A stretch of DNA of 64,000 bases. Source: an uncultured Acidimicrobiia bacterium (GTDB lineage Bacteria; Acidobacteriota; Terriglobia; Versatilivoradales; Versatilivoraceae). The notes under the pieces are model-generated. The model had not been told where the DNA came from and did no database searches. It was given only the letters and a program-made list of their open reading frames with translations. Made by a program: the position numbers and the translations under genes. The DNA lies in NCBI GenBank assembly GCA_963786955.1, contig CAWBAT010000005.1, positions 1,536,001-1,600,000 of the forward strand, in the 5' to 3' direction. This document shows positions 62,842 through 64,000 of this stretch, one piece after another (within the stretch, counting starts at the first letter, position 1; each line of letters starts with the position of its first letter).

Positions 62842-62887
62842 TCCCCTCTATGGAAGGGGGAAAGGGCTTTAGCCCTCAGGGGTGGGT
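62842..62887 (-). repeat. Copy of the ACCCACCCCT..GAGGGG palindromic repeat
   Basis: The reverse complement matches the architecture of 13653-13699. Confidence 0.6.
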
Positions 62888-63005
62888 ATGATTAATACTG
62901 GGAGCATGAGCAACCTGTCTGCTGAAGAAAGCAGCCGTAAGCATTCCTCACCTCGAACTGCTTTTTCCACACCCGCTCCAGCACCTCCAACTTATCGCCA
63001 CCCCG

Positions 63006-63059
63006 AGAGCTTTCCAGTCGGCGAATCCAAAAACTTTCAATTTCGGGTCGAGTTCTTTA
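63006..63059 (+). repeat. 54-bp orphan fragment homologous to the 3' end of the TonB-dependent receptor gene
   Basis: 48/54 identical to 52483-52536 (SFPVGESKNFQFRVEFF vs SCPVGESKNLQFRVEFF). Confidence 0.85.
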
Positions 63060-63701
63060 GCGATAAGAAATATCAACGATCTGTCGGATATAGAAAGGTC
63101 CGACCGAATGTCGATAAGTCCAGGGCGAACCCTCCAAGGCGCGACGAACCAGCGACTCGAGTTCCGCCGGTGTGTAAGAACGCCGGATTGAGGTAACTCC
63201 ATCCGCCGCGTTGATCCAATAAATAAAAGGCGCTACAAAACAGCGGAAAAGTAGGAGGGGGAGCGGATGTCGCACCAAATCCAGGATGAGAAAACGCTTG
63301 CACGAGCGGCCAACGTTCCGGATTAACTCCACTAGGCACTCATCCGGCAGGTGATGGGCCACGCAAACGGCCAAGGCTACATCGCAAGAGGGCAGTGTAT
63401 CGCGCACAGCATCAGCCTGTATGATCGGAACCGCAGGGTGGAATTTGCCGGGCTCTCTCAATTCGATGCCGATCGTCTCAACTCCCATCTTCCGTTGAAT
63501 CTCAAGCAGTAACTCGCCACCGCCACATCCGATATCGAGAACGCGGCGTAACGGAGTCTGATGCCGTCCTAACTCCAATATCAGAGCCCTGATGTTTCCA
63601 ATGAACTTATGGGTCCAAGTGAGATCCTTGTATACGAGTGCCAATGTTTCCTCGGGCAAGTTAGGATCGTCAATGATTTCGGAATCAAACGAACGCTTCA
63701 T
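63057..63701 (-). CDS. Class I SAM-dependent methyltransferase
   Basis: EIIDDP, VLDIGCGGG, HHL, DL.R and DG..SIRRSYT. Confidence 0.85.
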   Translation of the reverse strand: MKRSFDSEIIDDPNLPEETLALVYKDLTWTHKFIGNIRALILELGRHQTPLRRVLDIGCGGGELLLEIQRKMGVETIGIELREPGKFHPAVPIIQADAVRDTLPSCDVALAVCVAHHLPDECLVELIRNVGRSCKRFLILDLVRHPLPLLLFRCFVAPFIYWINAADGVTSIRRSYTPAELESLVRRALEGSPWTYRHSVGPFYIRQIVDISYR

Positions 63702-63715
63702 ATACCTCGCTCATT

Positions 63716-64000
63716 CTATATCGTAAGGGTGCCGGGCCGGGTCATCCGAAAGAGGGTGCGGGCAGGAATCAGCGAACTCAGACCCCGGGCCAACCCCGCT
63801 TCTAGAATAGCTCGGAAGAGAGTGGCCACATAGAAGGGTCTTCGGATTGCACGGCGACATTTGGACAAATAATCATCCACCGAAATCCCTCGAGAAGCAG
63901 CCAATCCTGCCAGGCGACCGGTACCGACCGCGTTCACCAAGCCCGTTCCTGTGAACGGATCTATGAAACCTAAAGCATCCCCTGCCGGATAAATATCCCT
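63716..64000 (-). CDS. C-terminus (partial) of an FAD-dependent oxidoreductase (geranylgeranyl reductase/monooxygenase-like)
   Basis: The frame is open to the window edge and reads AGDALGFIDPFTGTGLVNA. Confidence 0.8.
   Translation of the reverse strand, partial: RDIYPAGDALGFIDPFTGTGLVNAVGTGRLAGLAASRGISVDDYLSKCRRAIRRPFYVATLFRAILEAGLARGLSSLIPARTLFRMTRPGTLTI

Noticed and set aside
52483-63059. TBDR 3' segment and its 54-bp copy as a diversity-generating retroelement VR/TR pair
   Set aside because: The mismatches are not adenine-specific on either strand, are mostly synonymous, and there is no reverse transcriptase in the window.
116-63940. Numerous long antisense or alternate-frame ORFs in the track (e.g. 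1936..2730, 12323..13081, 14634..15485, 18007..18615, 60003..60662) and N-terminal extensions such as 116..391 and 9853..10158
   Set aside because: They are shadows of well-supported genes in GC-rich DNA, with no recognisable motifs; better RBS-supported starts exist downstream.

Overview
Bacterial DNA, most likely Acidobacteriota (inferred from the Oar-type TonB-dependent receptor, wHTH-TM-TolB-propeller regulator, PQQ-propeller and Tat-exported Gfo/Idh/MocA proteins). It is an accessory metabolic and cell-envelope region. I saw no rRNA, tRNA, CRISPR array, phage or intact transposase. 0.4-20.8 kb: carbohydrate catabolism (isomerase, FGGY kinase, aldolase, dehydrogenases, epimerase, GH38-like protein) interleaved with four URO-D/MtaA-family TIM-barrel paralogues, plus an amgK(-RapZ C-terminal domain)-murU pair. 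21-39 kb: hydrolases, a GT2/phosphodiesterase/GMC cluster and dehydrogenases. 28-52 kb: large secreted repeat proteins and a regulator-TBDR pair. 52.7-62.4 kb (minus strand) is the best candidate for an undescribed system: a glutathione-peroxidase relic, a receiver-TrxB-like flavoprotein, a cNMP histidine kinase, a PAS-PP2C phosphatase, an RsbW-type kinase and a phosphorylatable STAS protein running directly into an MlaE-F-D-PqiC MCE transporter, with no sigma factor in the window. Three genes carry single-base frameshifts in short homopolymers, probably assembly errors. Intergenic spaces contain several REP- and MITE-like repeat families. All product calls come from motif recognition by eye; no database searches were run.
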